Below the pieces are notes generated by a model that made no database searches, was not told where the DNA came from, and saw only the letters and a program-made list of their open reading frames with translations. Shown in pieces: positions 24,901 through 38,457 of a stretch of DNA of 64,000 nt; positions within the stretch are counted from its first letter, which is position 1, and every line of letters starts with the position of its first letter. Location: the NCBI GenBank assembly GCA_003344405.1, contig NOWV01000150.1, forward strand, positions 62,001-126,000, read 5' to 3'. This DNA is from Trichoplax sp. H2. Taxonomy: Eukaryota. Both the position numbers and the translations under genes were made by a program.

Positions 24901-27900
24901 TATCACGCAGTTGTGCCTAGAAACTCAAAGTTTATTTGATGGAAGCAAAGACAATTCTATGTTTTTACCAAGGTATTATTGTAAACTTTTAATTTTAAAG
25001 TAGCAAAAAATGTATTTAAGGTTTAATGAATGTTAATCCATTGCTTACTTTTAGAAATGATCGATATGATGGACTACGAATATGTATTGGAAATGATATT
25101 TGCGAGCGCTTGTCTAAGTTGAGGCTGTTTATGGTAAATGAGTATGACCTAATTCTTTAACTTAATAGTGCTATAGTACGTTTACACGATATATATTTGT
25201 AGCGTAGTAGTTATTGACTTTCATGCCTGTAAATGTATACGACATCCTATATATCTTTTACAGGTTGGGTGTGGAGCAATTGGATGTGAAATGTTAAAGA
25301 ACTGTGCACTAACAGGGATTGCTACTTCCGTAGATGGGCTAATGACAATAACTGATCATGATCTTATAGAAAAATCGAATCTAAATCGGCAATTTTTATT
25401 TAGAGAATCCCATATTCAGGTAGTTTAAATCACAATACAGTATGTTTCAGACTTCAGCTTAAGTACTTATACTAAATTAAGCAAACATGCGTATTATTTA
25501 GAAATCGAAGGCAGTTTGTTCTGCAGAGGTTACTCGAGTAATCAATCCAGGTTTGTCGTAAAGGACTCTGAATCATTTTGTGATATTTTATATTGCGGAA
25601 AATATCTGACCTAGAGTTTTACGCTTTCTAAAACTCAGATATTCATATCGAGGCTCAGCAATTTCGAGGTACAATCCGTGAATTGGCGATTAAAATATGG
25701 CTGTCTATATGGCTATTTTTCTAAGTGTGGCTAAAGTTTATAACATTTCTAATTAATATTTTTTTACCGTAGTTGGTCCTAGTACTGAAACGAGTGTTCA
25801 CTGTGATTCATTTTTTAAAACGTTACACGTCGTTGTAAATGCTCTTGATAATGTTGAAGCTAGACGATACGTGGATGGGTAAGATTTGTAGTTCTGGCGC
25901 TCTATTACTATTACAATGTTATGATTGTAGAAGTTAGTAATTACTGATTCCTGCTAAACTAATAGCCGTTGTGTAAGTAATCAGCGACCTCTACTAGATT
26001 CTGGAACGACTGGCCCTAAAGGGCATGTCCAGGTAATTTTTATAGTTAAATAAGTCTAAGTATATTTATTTAATACTTTATGATCTTATCTGAGCTGATA
26101 CTAAAACTATTATAAATTTGTTCAGTATTTCATAATTGTCTGTACACTGTTAAGTTTTGATTGTTTTTCGATTCATGAAGGTTATCTTACCATTTGAAAC
26201 AGAGACTTACTCCGATCAGGTTACTGCAAGTTTTTGATTGATTAATTAATTTGAATTCGATGCTAATATCATGATGAAACTAATTCGTTGCGGTTATGGT
26301 ATTATGTTATGTCTCTAGCGTGATGCAAATGATGAGACTGTTATTCCTTATTGTACCTTAAAATCTTTCCCAGCACGTATTGAACATACTATTCAATGGG
26401 CAAGAGATAAGGTTAACCTGTTTAAGATAAAATTTATCACTTTGGTAATTATCTTCCGTCAATTTATTAATCTCTATTTTACTAAAAACATGCGCTTATA
26501 CAGTTTGAATCTTTTATGGTACATAAACCTTCTACTTATTCAAAATTTTGGTCAATTCATGGTCAACCAAATGAAATTATAGAGGTAATGTATGTTAACA
26601 TTCATGTTAAATACGAATGAACTCCAAAGCCATTTACATGACCTGAAAACGAACCCAATATTGCTATTACTTCGTTATATGTGCAAGTATGTATTAAACC
26701 GCTACTACTCATTCTTAACAGAAACTTGAGAGAAACCAAAGTTTACAAGGGATCGTAGTAGTCGCGAAGCTGTTAAATAACAGGCCCCATACTTGGGAAG
26801 ATTGTATCAGAATTGCCAGAATTAAATTCGAAAAGTATTTCAATCATAAGGTAAAGTATTTATATGGGTACCGGAGTTAATCTGGGCCTAGTTCCTTGTA
26901 CGTCTTTGAGTTTAATTGTTTCTACTATTTTAGGCTCGTCAGTTGTTAGATGCGTTCCCACTAAGTGCAACCCTTTCTGATGGATGTAAGATATGATCCT
27001 TTATGCAAGAAACACACAATACAACTTTGTTACTCGAGTTCTTCATAAGCAATTTGTATTAATATATTTTATTTTCGTACGTGTAGCATTATTTTGGAGT
27101 TCTCCTAAACGTCCTCCCACTCCTCTACAATTTGATGTACATAACGAAACGTGAGTAATAAATTAGAAGCTATTTTGCAATTGTTCGTCTAATAAGTGTA
27201 CATTATTGTAGTCATATAGCATTTATTGAATCAACGGCTAGATTACTTGCAGATGTTTATGGCTTATCGTATAATCAACAGGTAATGAATATGTATAGGT
27301 GTATCCTGCTGTAGATCTTTTTGAGCTCTATATTTTTGCAGTTGCTGTTAATAATTTCACTTACTCTTGATGAACTTATAATTAATAGCTAGCGCGGATA
27401 TCTATTCCTGCTATCGTTGCTGACACTGTTATTCCTGTATATACCAAATCAAATAAGGTTAGCATTAGATCGCTATAATGAGTACAGTTTATAAATATTC
27501 TTTTGTGCTGATATCAAAAGTAAAGGTATATTTTGGAATTTGTCTAGGAAATTGTTGTTGATGAATCGGTGAAGAAAGAGGAAGTAACAAAAGTGGAGAC
27601 GAAAATTGAAAAATATATTCATGATGTTGTCAGTTTTATAAAGAGCTCAGGATCCACTGAGAATCGTTCGTATTTTGTTAATTTTACGCTATTACGCACA
27701 ACTATGAAATATTTTATGTTCATGATATCATTCTCTTTTGATTATAATTATACATCGTTTCAGCTACCGTAATACCTTCGCTGCATGTTCATCCATTTGA
27801 AAAAGACGATGACGGAAATGGACATATTGACTTTATTACAGCAGCTTCTGTGAGTATCATCTCATGAAATTTACGATTTCAGTTGATGTACTACTATGCT

Positions 27901-29617
27901 TATAATTGTGCCTAATGACTTAACGCTATATCATTAATGGATATTTTAGTATTTATAATATAGTCTATAAGTATTTGCACACTGTAGTTTTAAGAGAATA
28001 GTAATCTTGTCTGAAATTGTGATTTTGTGAAAATACAAATTGCTTCCTCAACTAAATTTATTTCGAAGTACTTTCAAGTAGTTTTATACGTATGCATAAA
28101 ATCTGTATAAATTTTTATATTTGTTTAAAGCTATTTTAAATCTCTTAAAGAATCTTCGGGCTATGATGTATGGAATTGAAGCTGTTGATAGACTAAAAAC
28201 AAAAAGAATTGCTGGAAAGATAGTGCCCGCTATTGCTACGACAACTGCTACCGTTGCTGGTTTAGTAAGCAATTATATGGATCGATAATTTGTAAATCAA
28301 TTAATTGAAAAAGATATGATACCGTCACAACCAGCTTCGTGACAAAGATAACGTAAAATAAATTTCTAAATTACTATAGTCTCTGGGATTCAGTATCCCT
28401 TAAAACTCACAAGAATTTAGACGCTTTTGTTTCTACGTTAAACAACAATAGAACTCTCTTATATTCAACTATTTGCCGAGCTTAAATACCCTTCGGCAGC
28501 TGCTATCATGTATGAGTTATAACAGTTCATGAATTTAGTTCATATTGGATAGCTAAATTAATACAAAAATTAGTCATAATCTTAGACATGTACTGAACGA
28601 TTCTAGATAATTAGATTACAGTATGTCCATACACAGAATTATTTATAGTATCATCGATAATTAAATGTCTTCAGGATATTCATCACAAGCGTTACAAGAC
28701 ATAAGACTATAATCAATTAGCATTAGTTACCTTATGAGAATTCTTACTACAGTACAACATAATTTACTGTAACAAAATAATAGCTACCGTAGTCCTTACT
28801 GTAAGTCATTATTAGTTATCTCCATATATATATATGTTAACCACTAAATTTAGTCATTTACTCTTCACGGTGGTTCGTACCGTGACAGATACCGATAACT
28901 AATTCACGTTAATGCTTAGGTTACGGCTGAATTAATCAAGATTGTAAGTCAATTACCTCTAAATGGCTATCGAAACGCGTTTATCAATTTGGCTATACCA
29001 TTGGTACTCCTATCAGAACCTGGACCTGCAAATAAAACAGCTATTAAGTAACTATTATAAATAATAGTTTTATATCAGTAAGAAAATTTTAAAATCTTTA
29101 GTTAACGAAATGCAGATCATAAATGGAAAATAAATATTCTAACGACTTGATAGTGACGATATTTCGTATACGTCGTGGGACCGATGGGATGTTGTAGGAG
29201 ATGAATCTTTTACATTGTCACAGTTTATACAGTGGTTCAAGGTAATCTATGTAAATTATATAAAATTACTAAACTCATTATTAAGATGGTTTGTTCCTTT
29301 TAGGATCATTATAAACTTACTGCTACGGCGGTCATGCATGGAGTTAAGATCATTTATATGGCCGTGATGCCTGGGCATGCTAAAAAAAGGGATCAAACGT
29401 AAGATATGAATTTAGAACACTTTCTTTACGCAAAATTGATTTTAGATTGCGTGCAATATAGCGATTTTGTTTTTTTAACATGTATGTTATTCCTTCTAGG
29501 ATGAAGAAATTATTAAAGTTGCAAAGTAGCGTAAAAAGTGTCGAGTTAACTGTTTCGTTTGAAGACAAGTATGGCGATTCCGTGACTACTCCTCCAATAC
29601 GTTATAGTTTAAGTTAG
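21937..29617 (+). CDS. UBA6: Ubiquitin-like modifier-activating enzyme 6 (E1), multi-exon
   Basis: [50 protein letters not shown]-binding [13 protein letters not shown] and [16 protein letters not shown]; catalytic [26 protein letters not shown] (Cys codon 26352-26354). [12 protein letters not shown] and WARDKFES are UBA6-type rather than UBA1-type. Also [14 protein letters not shown] and [16 protein letters not shown]. Stop TAG at 29615-29617. Confidence 0.93.
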
Positions 29618-30148
29618 ATGGGTGCTTTTCAAAGGCCAAAACTTTCTTTGATCAGATTCATTAAAATATTATTTTATGACATGTTAATAAGTATTTGTGC
29701 AAATGGAGAGGAGTGGTATGTTCTGTCAGAACCCTGCATGTCTAAAATTTTGTAAATAAAGATTTAAGTATATGTCTGTTATATTTTTATTTTGCGTACA
29801 TTTAAATGTACTAATATATTGCTACTTCTGTTATAGAATTACAACAGCTTTAATTTTACCTATGCCACATTGCACCCTTAAATAGGTCTAACAAAGAAGA
29901 ATTAAAAGCAGCACTTCATTCACTTCGAAATTTTATGGTTTTCTTTCGTTCTTTACATAGTAATCAACAGACTTTACTTATCATACAGATCAATGATACC
30001 ATAAACGAACATAAATATTTCGGTGGATTCACCCCCCTATTCACAGATTTAGATCATTTACTTCTTTAAGCGAGATACAATCGTGCAAGGCATGAATTGA
30101 TAATCTGTATTTGTTAGCGTCTGTATCTTTAAAATTTCTTTATCAAAA

Positions 30149-32537
30149 TTAAAATAATTTTGCACAGTTCCACGTACAAAACCCATAAACACAATTGCTA
30201 TCCGACGGAATAATTACTGTGCCTTGCAAGTTGCGATTTTCGTTTGTGATTGACTCTAAGCTAGACAATTTAGCAAACCAGTGGCGATAAAATTTATTTC
30301 CACATTTCCAGCAGTGACCTTTGGCTTTCATATCTTTAAGAATTTGCTGTGGTAAGGGGGAGTCACGGCAGTTAAAAGCAGCGACGATATCTAGTGAAAC
30401 ACAGAACTAATAATTCAAATATTGTCCTAGTATATAGTTGAGTAGTGGACTAAATAATGCATAGTGGGAGAGGTTAAACGTTATAATTAGATATTTGTGC
30501 CTCTTCTACTCACCTTCATTTAGTGCCCTAATACTTAATTCTACTAGCGGCAGTACCTTTTGCGATTTATTAGTTATAACGTCACCATCATTCGAAATTA
30601 CGACCGCACGTTTATCTTGATCGTATAATTTAGATATGCATATATACAGTTAGAATGAAGTATTCACATCTGACTGATAGGAAAATACCTTCTTCCAAAG
30701 CTGGGGTTTACAATAATTTGTAATGTTGTAATCACTTATTTACAGCAAAAATAAAATTAAATTGAAGAATTTGCTTTTATTGTATGCGACTTACCGAGTA
30801 CTATTTGCAACCTATCTTGAGTGTGTAGTTTTTCGTTACCACGAAGTGAGAAGTATTGAAGATTCTGTAGTTTGGCAATAGCTGCTGGTAGGTAGCTGAG
30901 CTGATTGTTATCGATAGTAATAACTGATAATGCTTTCATAGATGACATATCTGTTCCGAGGAGTTAAAAAATATTTCCGTGACCGAGATTTAAGTTAATG
31001 GCAAAACTACAAATTTGAAATTTGCGCAACTTTGACCTTTTCTTGTATCCATTGGCTAGTAAAACTTACCATGAGGCAATTCGGTAATTTTGTTACCAGA
31101 CACAGATAGATATTCTAATTTTGAAAGCATGATGATGCTGTTTGGTAGTCGTATCAAATCATTATATTCGGCAATTAAACAATCTAATTTATTACAATTT
31201 CCAAGTTCTTCCGGCAGTCTTCGTATTTGATTACTCGCTATATTTAAACTTTTTAATTGCTTAAGTTGGCCAATTTCTGTAATTCAATTAAGATATTGTG
31301 CACGTTGGGTTAGTCTATAACTTGTGTAAATTGTTTATTTATATGATTTCAATTTAATTTCATACTAAACATGTTTCATTAGCGTAATACTGCTATCGAT
31401 AAGAATTATCGAGTTATAAATACAGTAGGTCGTTTTTCATTCTGATGATATCGTAGATTATATTATCACTATAATTAATAATAATATGGGTAGCAACTAG
31501 TCAATGATTACCTGACGGAAGATCATGCAATTTGTTTCTGTATAAGTTTAATCTTTGAAGTGAACCCATTTGCCCAATGTTAAGCGGTAAGCTTTGAAGT
31601 TGATTACAACTTACATCTAAAGTTTGTAGATTGCGAAGATTTCCAATTTCTGTAAGAGTAATACATAGGGTATTATATGCTGTATAATTTATTTATGGAG
31701 TCTTAAAAGTTTCTAATAAGTTCTATGAGAATTGATAATGCTTACAAACCGGAAGGTAAAGCTGTTAGATAGTTTAAGGGTAGATATCTGGAAAAGAGCC
31801 CAGTGTTATTATTGAGTTCAATAAACAAGTAACTTGAATGTTTAGCGAGTTGATATTACGGCGATTGTGGACTAATTCTTGCGATGATATTACAGTAAAA
31901 TAATATTTTTGCTCATTACGTGAGGACGGAGGAGTTTACTCGCAGTAAAATATGAACAGTTTTAGCTTTTAGTGAGAAATACTTATGCAGCGGCAATAGT
32001 TAGAATTGAAAACAGAGAAGAAGCTTGACCAATTGTATATTATAAATTATTTAAAACATTATGGAATAATTTATTGCACTATTTAGACTTACAATTGAAC
32101 AAGTTGATGAAGTAAACCAATTCTAGGTGTCTGTATGAAATTCGGTAATAATTTATTGATCATATCATGCCATCAATTAGCAAAGGATCAAATGTATCTG
32201 GGTAAGCTGGAGATTATGAATTTACTTAGCATTATAAATGATCTTTTTAAAGGTCTTACCAATTCAGTTAGTTGATTACACTTAAGATACATGGTTTTGA
32301 TTATATGAAAATGTTTTTCTTGATATATTGATAGGGGTAGTCGTTCTAAGGCACAATAGTTGAGTTCGACGGTTTCTGTTTAAGAATTAAGTGAGAGTAT
32401 CACAAATAAAGTGAGAATCTAGTAAGGAGTTTCCGTGGGTAGTAGAACGAATTTACAATCGTATTATCGATTTTTAGTAGAATAGTACCGAGATGGCTAG
32501 CTCTTAGTAGCTCGATAAACTTTTTACAAGAGCACAT
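30149..32537 (-). CDS. LRRC28: Leucine-rich repeat protein, LRRC28-like, multi-exon
   Basis: MCSCKKFIELLRASHLETVELNYCALERLP...MYLKCNQLTEL; LRR exons EIGNLRNLQTLDVSCNQLQSLP and EIGQLKQLKSLNIASNQIRRLPEELGNC. C-terminal VLPLVELSIRAL, GHCWKC...AKL and GFCTWNCAKLF parallel the LRRC28 C-terminus (VLPLQELAMR, GHCHRC, CCSTQC). Confidence 0.75.
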
Positions 32538-33254
32538 AGATCTATACTGTCACCTGATGGTTCCATGTTTTGATTCTTTCTTTGACATTCTAGGTCAATC
32601 GATATGCGTAACCTAATGACCGTTGATGTATTTCTATTCAAGATTATATGTAACAACGACTCTTCTATGATACCTGAAGAGATATTCTCTCCAATGACGT
32701 AAAAGGTCTAAAGATTTCAACTGATATTTAAAGATCTATTTTATGATTACTAATCTTATTAGTTAATCTGAGGTATGCAATCCTTTCATTATTTGTTTCA
32801 GCTTATTAACTTTCTCGATAACGTAGTACTACAGTATACTATTGATTTCTAGTTGTATGCCGTATATTTGATGTTGACTCAAGATGGCTACCTATCATGA
32901 TCTTTTCTCACTAAAGTTGATAAAGTATTTGACTAAAATTAATTAATAGGTATTCATCTAGAAATAGTAATCACGTGAGGAATAGGAAAATGTCATGCGC
33001 AAAGCTCATCACTATCTTCTAGCCGTATTGAATTCAGGCTGGAAAGACATTAGCGTAAATTAGACGGCCAGGCTAAAGACGTTGAATGTGGTAGTCAACC
33101 GATCTTCTTGGGGGATTATAGATTGTAGAATATCTTTGGTCTAATTTAAATTAATTTTATGCTTATTTACTGATACGGTGTATATTTTACAAGTTGTACT
33201 AGTGGTTGAGTTGTAAATAACGCATCTTTTAAACATTTCATATTCATCGTAGAG

Positions 33255-33286
33255 CTCTCTCTCTTTCTCTCTCTCTATATATATAT
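33255..33286. repeat. Compound (CT)n(AT)n microsatellite
   Basis: ctctctctctttctctctctctatatatatat. Confidence 0.85.
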
Positions 33287-33480
33287 TAATTAGGAATCGT
33301 TATAAAGTTAGCATAGGACAATATCTATGGCAATAATAGAAATAGCTTATGTGAGTTAACTATTAATAGAACTGATTGCATGGCTATCCTGACATCCTGA
33401 CACATATGTTAGTGGCAAGTGTGTAACGCTTTTCAATATGGCTCCGAAACGGTTATGAACCGGTACTGCCAGAAATTCGC

Positions 33481-33515
33481 TACACTGTACTGTACTGTAC
33501 AGTACACTGTATAGT
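33481..33515. repeat. (CTGTA)n array upstream of the LRRC28-like gene
   Basis: tacactgtactgtactgtacagtacactgtatagt. Confidence 0.75.
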
Positions 33516-34432
33516 ATTCTCTCAACGGGTCACTAACCGGCCAGCAAACATTCCATTATAGTAAATACGCTCTATTAATCATTATGTTGAATGCTTATAA
33601 GTTTAGTATTAGTAATATGTAGACGAAATACTACATCATGAATATGTATAAAGTTCTATGGGTATTATATGCACAAAAGAAGTAGAGCTAATGTATACGT
33701 ATCATGTAACACTGTCTACGCGATTAACTTAGTGAAATAGTCCTATCTTTAATATAATTCGAATTAGTAACGATAAATGCATTTATATTATAATTAGTGA
33801 AGGATATTATTTCATCGATTTATTAATAAGGACTGAGACATCATATGATCTTTGTATAATGAATTTTTTGTAGCATAAGTAATATTAATGACAAAGAATA
33901 CGATGGATATTAATATCATACATTACATGTATAGGTTTCATGTCAGCATTTTTTATAAATGCGGTAGCTTTCTGAAAGTATCCAATGTACTGTACTGTAA
34001 GTAATGTCATTGTAGTGTGGATTAGAATTGATTCAAGAAGTTTTTCAACAATATGTCTGCAAAAATTTGAGAATCTTTGATAGAAATAATACTACACATG
34101 CAAGTACGGTATGTAGTAACGTCGTATGCATTCTAATCGCAGTTTTAGACAACGGGTATTGTATATGCCATGACTGTGTTGGACGTGAGTAATGCTATCT
34201 ACTAAGACTCGAATCTAAGTTTGGTTGATTAAAGAGTACTTATGAGTTAGTTGCTTCAGATAGTTTTGTCTACTTTAGAGGAAAGAATCCCGTTTAATTC
34301 TTGTGTTACAATCTCGGTCCTATGAAAATCAAGAACGTACATTGCGTTTTCAACAGAAATGCACGAATAGGTAAGAGTTTATAAATATCCTCCTGAGATT
34401 ATATTAAACTAGCAAATTGCTAATATTAGCAG

Positions 34433-36584
34433 TTAGATTGCTTCGTAGCGTAAAAGACAACATTCTGTTGCCGGAACGTTTAATCTGCAGTCAAGGCCGG
34501 ATATGCTGGAGTAAAAACGAACCAAATCATTTAAATTGTTAAAGTATGCAAATCCGTCCTGAAATAAAGAAGAAAAAAATAATTAGAAACTTTTGGATAG
34601 TTATGAAGATAAATTTTAGTTTGTTATGTATATTCTTGTAAATTGCCATTATTCAGATGCTAGTGTTTGGAAATTATAGCTACTGAAGCTTATAAATGCG
34701 ATAATAAATGTTTTAAATATGGGATGAAGTCTTAAAGTGTAATTAATGTAGCTTCTTTACGTATGCATATCAACGGTATAAGAGATTAATTTTAATTGTC
34801 ACTATATTGTTGATTTCAGTGACAATTTATACGAGTATTTTCTGATAGATAGTGACTGTATGTGGACTTTTTTATATTAATAGTTACTAATTTTTTACAT
34901 TTATTTTCCTCAACTAACCTTTTCTTTATCAAATATTTCATAGCGCTGGAAACGTTTTCGATAGGTAATTTCATAGTCAATAATGCTAGCATTGAGGCTA
35001 GCACGACATTCGGGATCGAAATTGGGTATAACTAATACACTTAGAATTAGGTGACCAAGATCAGTCTGGCTTTGTCGTATAACGAAAACGCCTCTGGTTT
35101 TGGCTTGATGGAGAAAAGATACGGTATCAGACCTACAATATAGACGTATGTTTGAAATGATGAGAACTGGTGCTAATTTAATAAATATTAATTAGTAGGC
35201 ATTTTATACGGTATATACGTAGTCATGGGATACCTACTATAATTGTTCACAAAGAAATTACAGAGGCAAGCAACAGGTTGTTTTAAACTTACCAAGAGAA
35301 ATCTAGCCTCAACCAACGTCTTGCTCCATCGTATAAAGATATATGGCTAAATTATAAATACAAAAACATTTGATAAAGATTTATAAAGGCACTGTAGTAA
35401 CCGACTAGTTTATATTTATTTGATAAATATGCCAGAGCTATTAGATTGTTAATATCATTAGATTAAAGCATTTTTCACATGTAGGTTGATTTTTAATTTC
35501 ATATTTTAATTATATGCGGAGTGATAAACAATTTGTCACCTGTGGTGTGGCAAGAACAAACGTTGTTATCAGACATAATGACTTCTCAAAAACCTTTACA
35601 TTTATTGAAGGCACTGTAATATCCTATATTACTAACATGACGGTAACAGCATTGATTTAAATTAAGTCATCGCCTTTTATGATAATAAATTGCGTACTAT
35701 GATCTCTAGAGCAACGGTAAGTTGCATCATTGTTATCATTTTAGATAATTTAGAGATATATGTGCGTATCCGCGGTAAATGTCAACTCGAATGTTCTAAA
35801 TTCTATTTTGGAAATAAAATATTTTGCTGATACCGATACTGCAAACGTGGTCTAAATTTCAGATAGCGCCCGTTCGATGTGATATTTTAGCAGTATGAAT
35901 AATCATATTATTACCTTAGGAGAAGACTAACTTTTGAGTTCTTAAAAAGAGGTTAATGAGTTAATAAGTGTTTCAGTGATATTTTTTCATAATGATTTCA
36001 TTAATAAATTAGCTTTATTCTATTTATTCAATAATTTGGATACGGGTAATAAAATTTTTTGGCTATCATCTATTATGATAAGGACACTAGGAGTCGCCGT
36101 AATCACACATTGTAATCTGTAGAATACCTTTATTGCTTGATATCACTGGACTAATAAATTTACTAACAGTAAAATCATAATTGGTTAAAAGAACTTCTAA
36201 TAGAAGAACTCATCAAATTCGATACAATGCTGGTAGCATAAATCCCGATATGTTATTAATTGACTGAGAGAAATAAATATTCGAAATCATACTGTCAACA
36301 AACTGAGTTACGAATTTAAGGAAACACTATGTCAATTCTAGTGTATTGCGCTGGTTAATTTGATCACGATTGTCATTTTTAGAGGACATTTCAGCGTTGA
36401 ATTTGTATAAACATAAAGACTAGAGCCTTTCGCTTTTGATGTAGTTACTTAATCGATTCGCTACATAATCTTGCTTACTAGCAAACTACCTGAATTGTTG
36501 TCGTAGCTGATAGTAGGCTTTTCTATCATTCATTCGAAGCGATTTGATTAATTCGAGGAAATTTGGCGTTGAAGTTGAAATCAT
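34433..36584 (-). CDS. Small single-SH2-domain protein, 4 exons, 162 aa (not in the ORF track)
   Basis: Exons 36584-36490, 35346-35293, 35132-34919 and 34558-34433, all GT-AG with matching phases (489 nt). Protein: MISTSTPNFLELIKSLRMNDRKAYYQLRQQFSHISLYDGARRWLRLDFSWSDTVSFLHQAKTRGVFVIRQSQTDLGHLILSVLVIPNFDPECRASLNASIIDYEITYRKRFQRYEIFDKEKDGFAYFNNLNDLVRFYSSISGLDCRLNVPATECCLLRYEAI. SH2 hallmarks: W, GVFVIRQS, LSV, FNNLNDLVRFY, LxCRLxxP. Exon 1 is the least certain. Confidence 0.8.
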
Positions 36585-38415
36585 CCTTGTTGAGCGTTGA
36601 CTTGACAGTTCTTGTTTTAAATTAAAGGCGTGTACTATATTCTCGTACTATTATTACTCTGTGAGTTAAAATTGAAGAGAAACCAAGTAATATTCTTGAA
36701 ATAATCTTGCTTGGCAGTCAAGTTAGGGAATAGTTAAATGATTTGATGGGCGCAAATATCTTCTTGATTTGACAGAAAAAAAAGCAATGACGAGTTAAAT
36801 GAAATCCAAAGTAATTGATAGGCTGATATAGTAATTATAATTATCGGTGGGCCATCAATTATTATCCTTGGTATCTAGTTATGCGAGCATAATTACTTCT
36901 GGTAGACTCAATTACGCTAATATGAATCATCAACCGTTTGTTATTTATTATTAACTGGTTAACAAAGGAGTATTCTGTCTATTTTAAAGATTACTAGACA
37001 ACATACATATGCATATAGAAAAGCATAATACGTTGTTAGTAAAGCGAGTATCATCACGTGTCTAATTGAAGGCATTTATCGTCCACCCATACGAGAATAG
37101 GCTAAAATAATATTGTTATCACAACAGGCTATTAGCCGTTCTAAGTGCTTAGGGGGTATTTCATTAAATCTCCGTTATAAGAGTATATTTACTTCGATGA
37201 GTTAGAAAGAGATATACTTATGACTACACTTTGGTGAACAGTAGTCTATGGTGATAATTATATCATTAAATTTGTTTACGTATTAGTTGCTATAATGGAG
37301 TGATGATCATTGACCAGAGCGTAATGATTACCATAGTTTAAATTTAGTCTAGTTGTAATTTTTTTAAACTTCGAAATGTGCGTTCTATGTTTCTACTTGG
37401 GTTTTGTATTACGGCTATTAGCCTATTACACCTATTGAGATTTCTTGTTTATGTATTGTGTGATTTACGTCATATTTTGCACAGCAACGAAGAGGAAGAA
37501 AGTCTAAACTAAAATTTTTTTAAATAATTAATATCGCATCGAATCTATAATAAACTCCGGCATAATTAATCAAGAAACTCATCATAATGATATACATAAA
37601 CGAGATTCATGGAACTCGTAAAATATTTTTATCATTTCCTCATCTTATACCTACAACATTGGTGATTCCATTGCCTTAGCATTGCGAGAACGATAGATCT
37701 TGTGTTGGATATTAACTGGAGTACAGTCCAACTTATTAACTGAAGTTGAAAGTTGGGTTGTTCGCTTTGTTACAACACTTTTGAGCTAATAAATTAATGC
37801 AATGGTGAAAGTACTGTAATCTGTAGGATTACTTCAAAGACATAGTCTACAGAGGTGACTTTTTTTCTATTTACGATATAATATATCATTGCTTTTATTT
37901 CTAAACTACAGATACTGCTTTACTTAACTGTAGATAAAATCGAAGGTAAAAATCAATGCTGGCATCATTCGTAGAGTAGTACCTTCTTGATATTGTTTCG
38001 TCCAAAAATTGACTCTAAATCAGCACTGGCTGTAATTGTAATTGCAGCCACTGCAGTTTAACTATCCCGTCGCCTTCATCTAGTGTACAGACATGAGTCA
38101 TAAATATTATAGAAAACCCCTATCGATAAGTCCCAGGGAATCTCTGTAATTGCTTTATGGCTTATCAGTTCTATAAATAGTTCATTAAATTAAGATAGAT
38201 GCTTTACAGGAGGCGTTCGTTAGTCTTTCAGAACTTAATATTGGAGTAATGGCAGCAGTTTGTTTGATGTAGTACTTGGGCAGGCCACTTCATTATTTTT
38301 TTCCTAGCATGATTCTAGTATGGAAAGAAGATTTCATACTTTGGTCTAGCCTTCATCAAAAGCGGAATGATTGAATCACTGTGGTCAATGGTCCTATCTT
38401 GTCCAACCTAGATTT

Positions 38416-38457
38416 AATCATGGACTACTAGAAAAATGCTTCTAGTAGTCCATGATT
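38416..38457. repeat. Perfect 18-bp inverted repeat with 6-nt spacer (mini palindromic element)
   Basis: aatcatggactactagaa-aaatgc-ttctagtagtccatgatt; a related imperfect copy lies at about 38965-39046. Confidence 0.9.

Noticed and set aside
28865-28885. Short hairpins (tcacggt-N7-accgtga; also about 18723-18740 and 38027-38050) as ncRNAs
   Set aside because: The stems are short and show no snoRNA boxes, tRNA fold or other family features.
32550-32590. In-frame TGA upstream of the LRRC28-like ATG as selenocysteine or readthrough
   Set aside because: No SECIS was recognised and homology starts at the downstream ATG.
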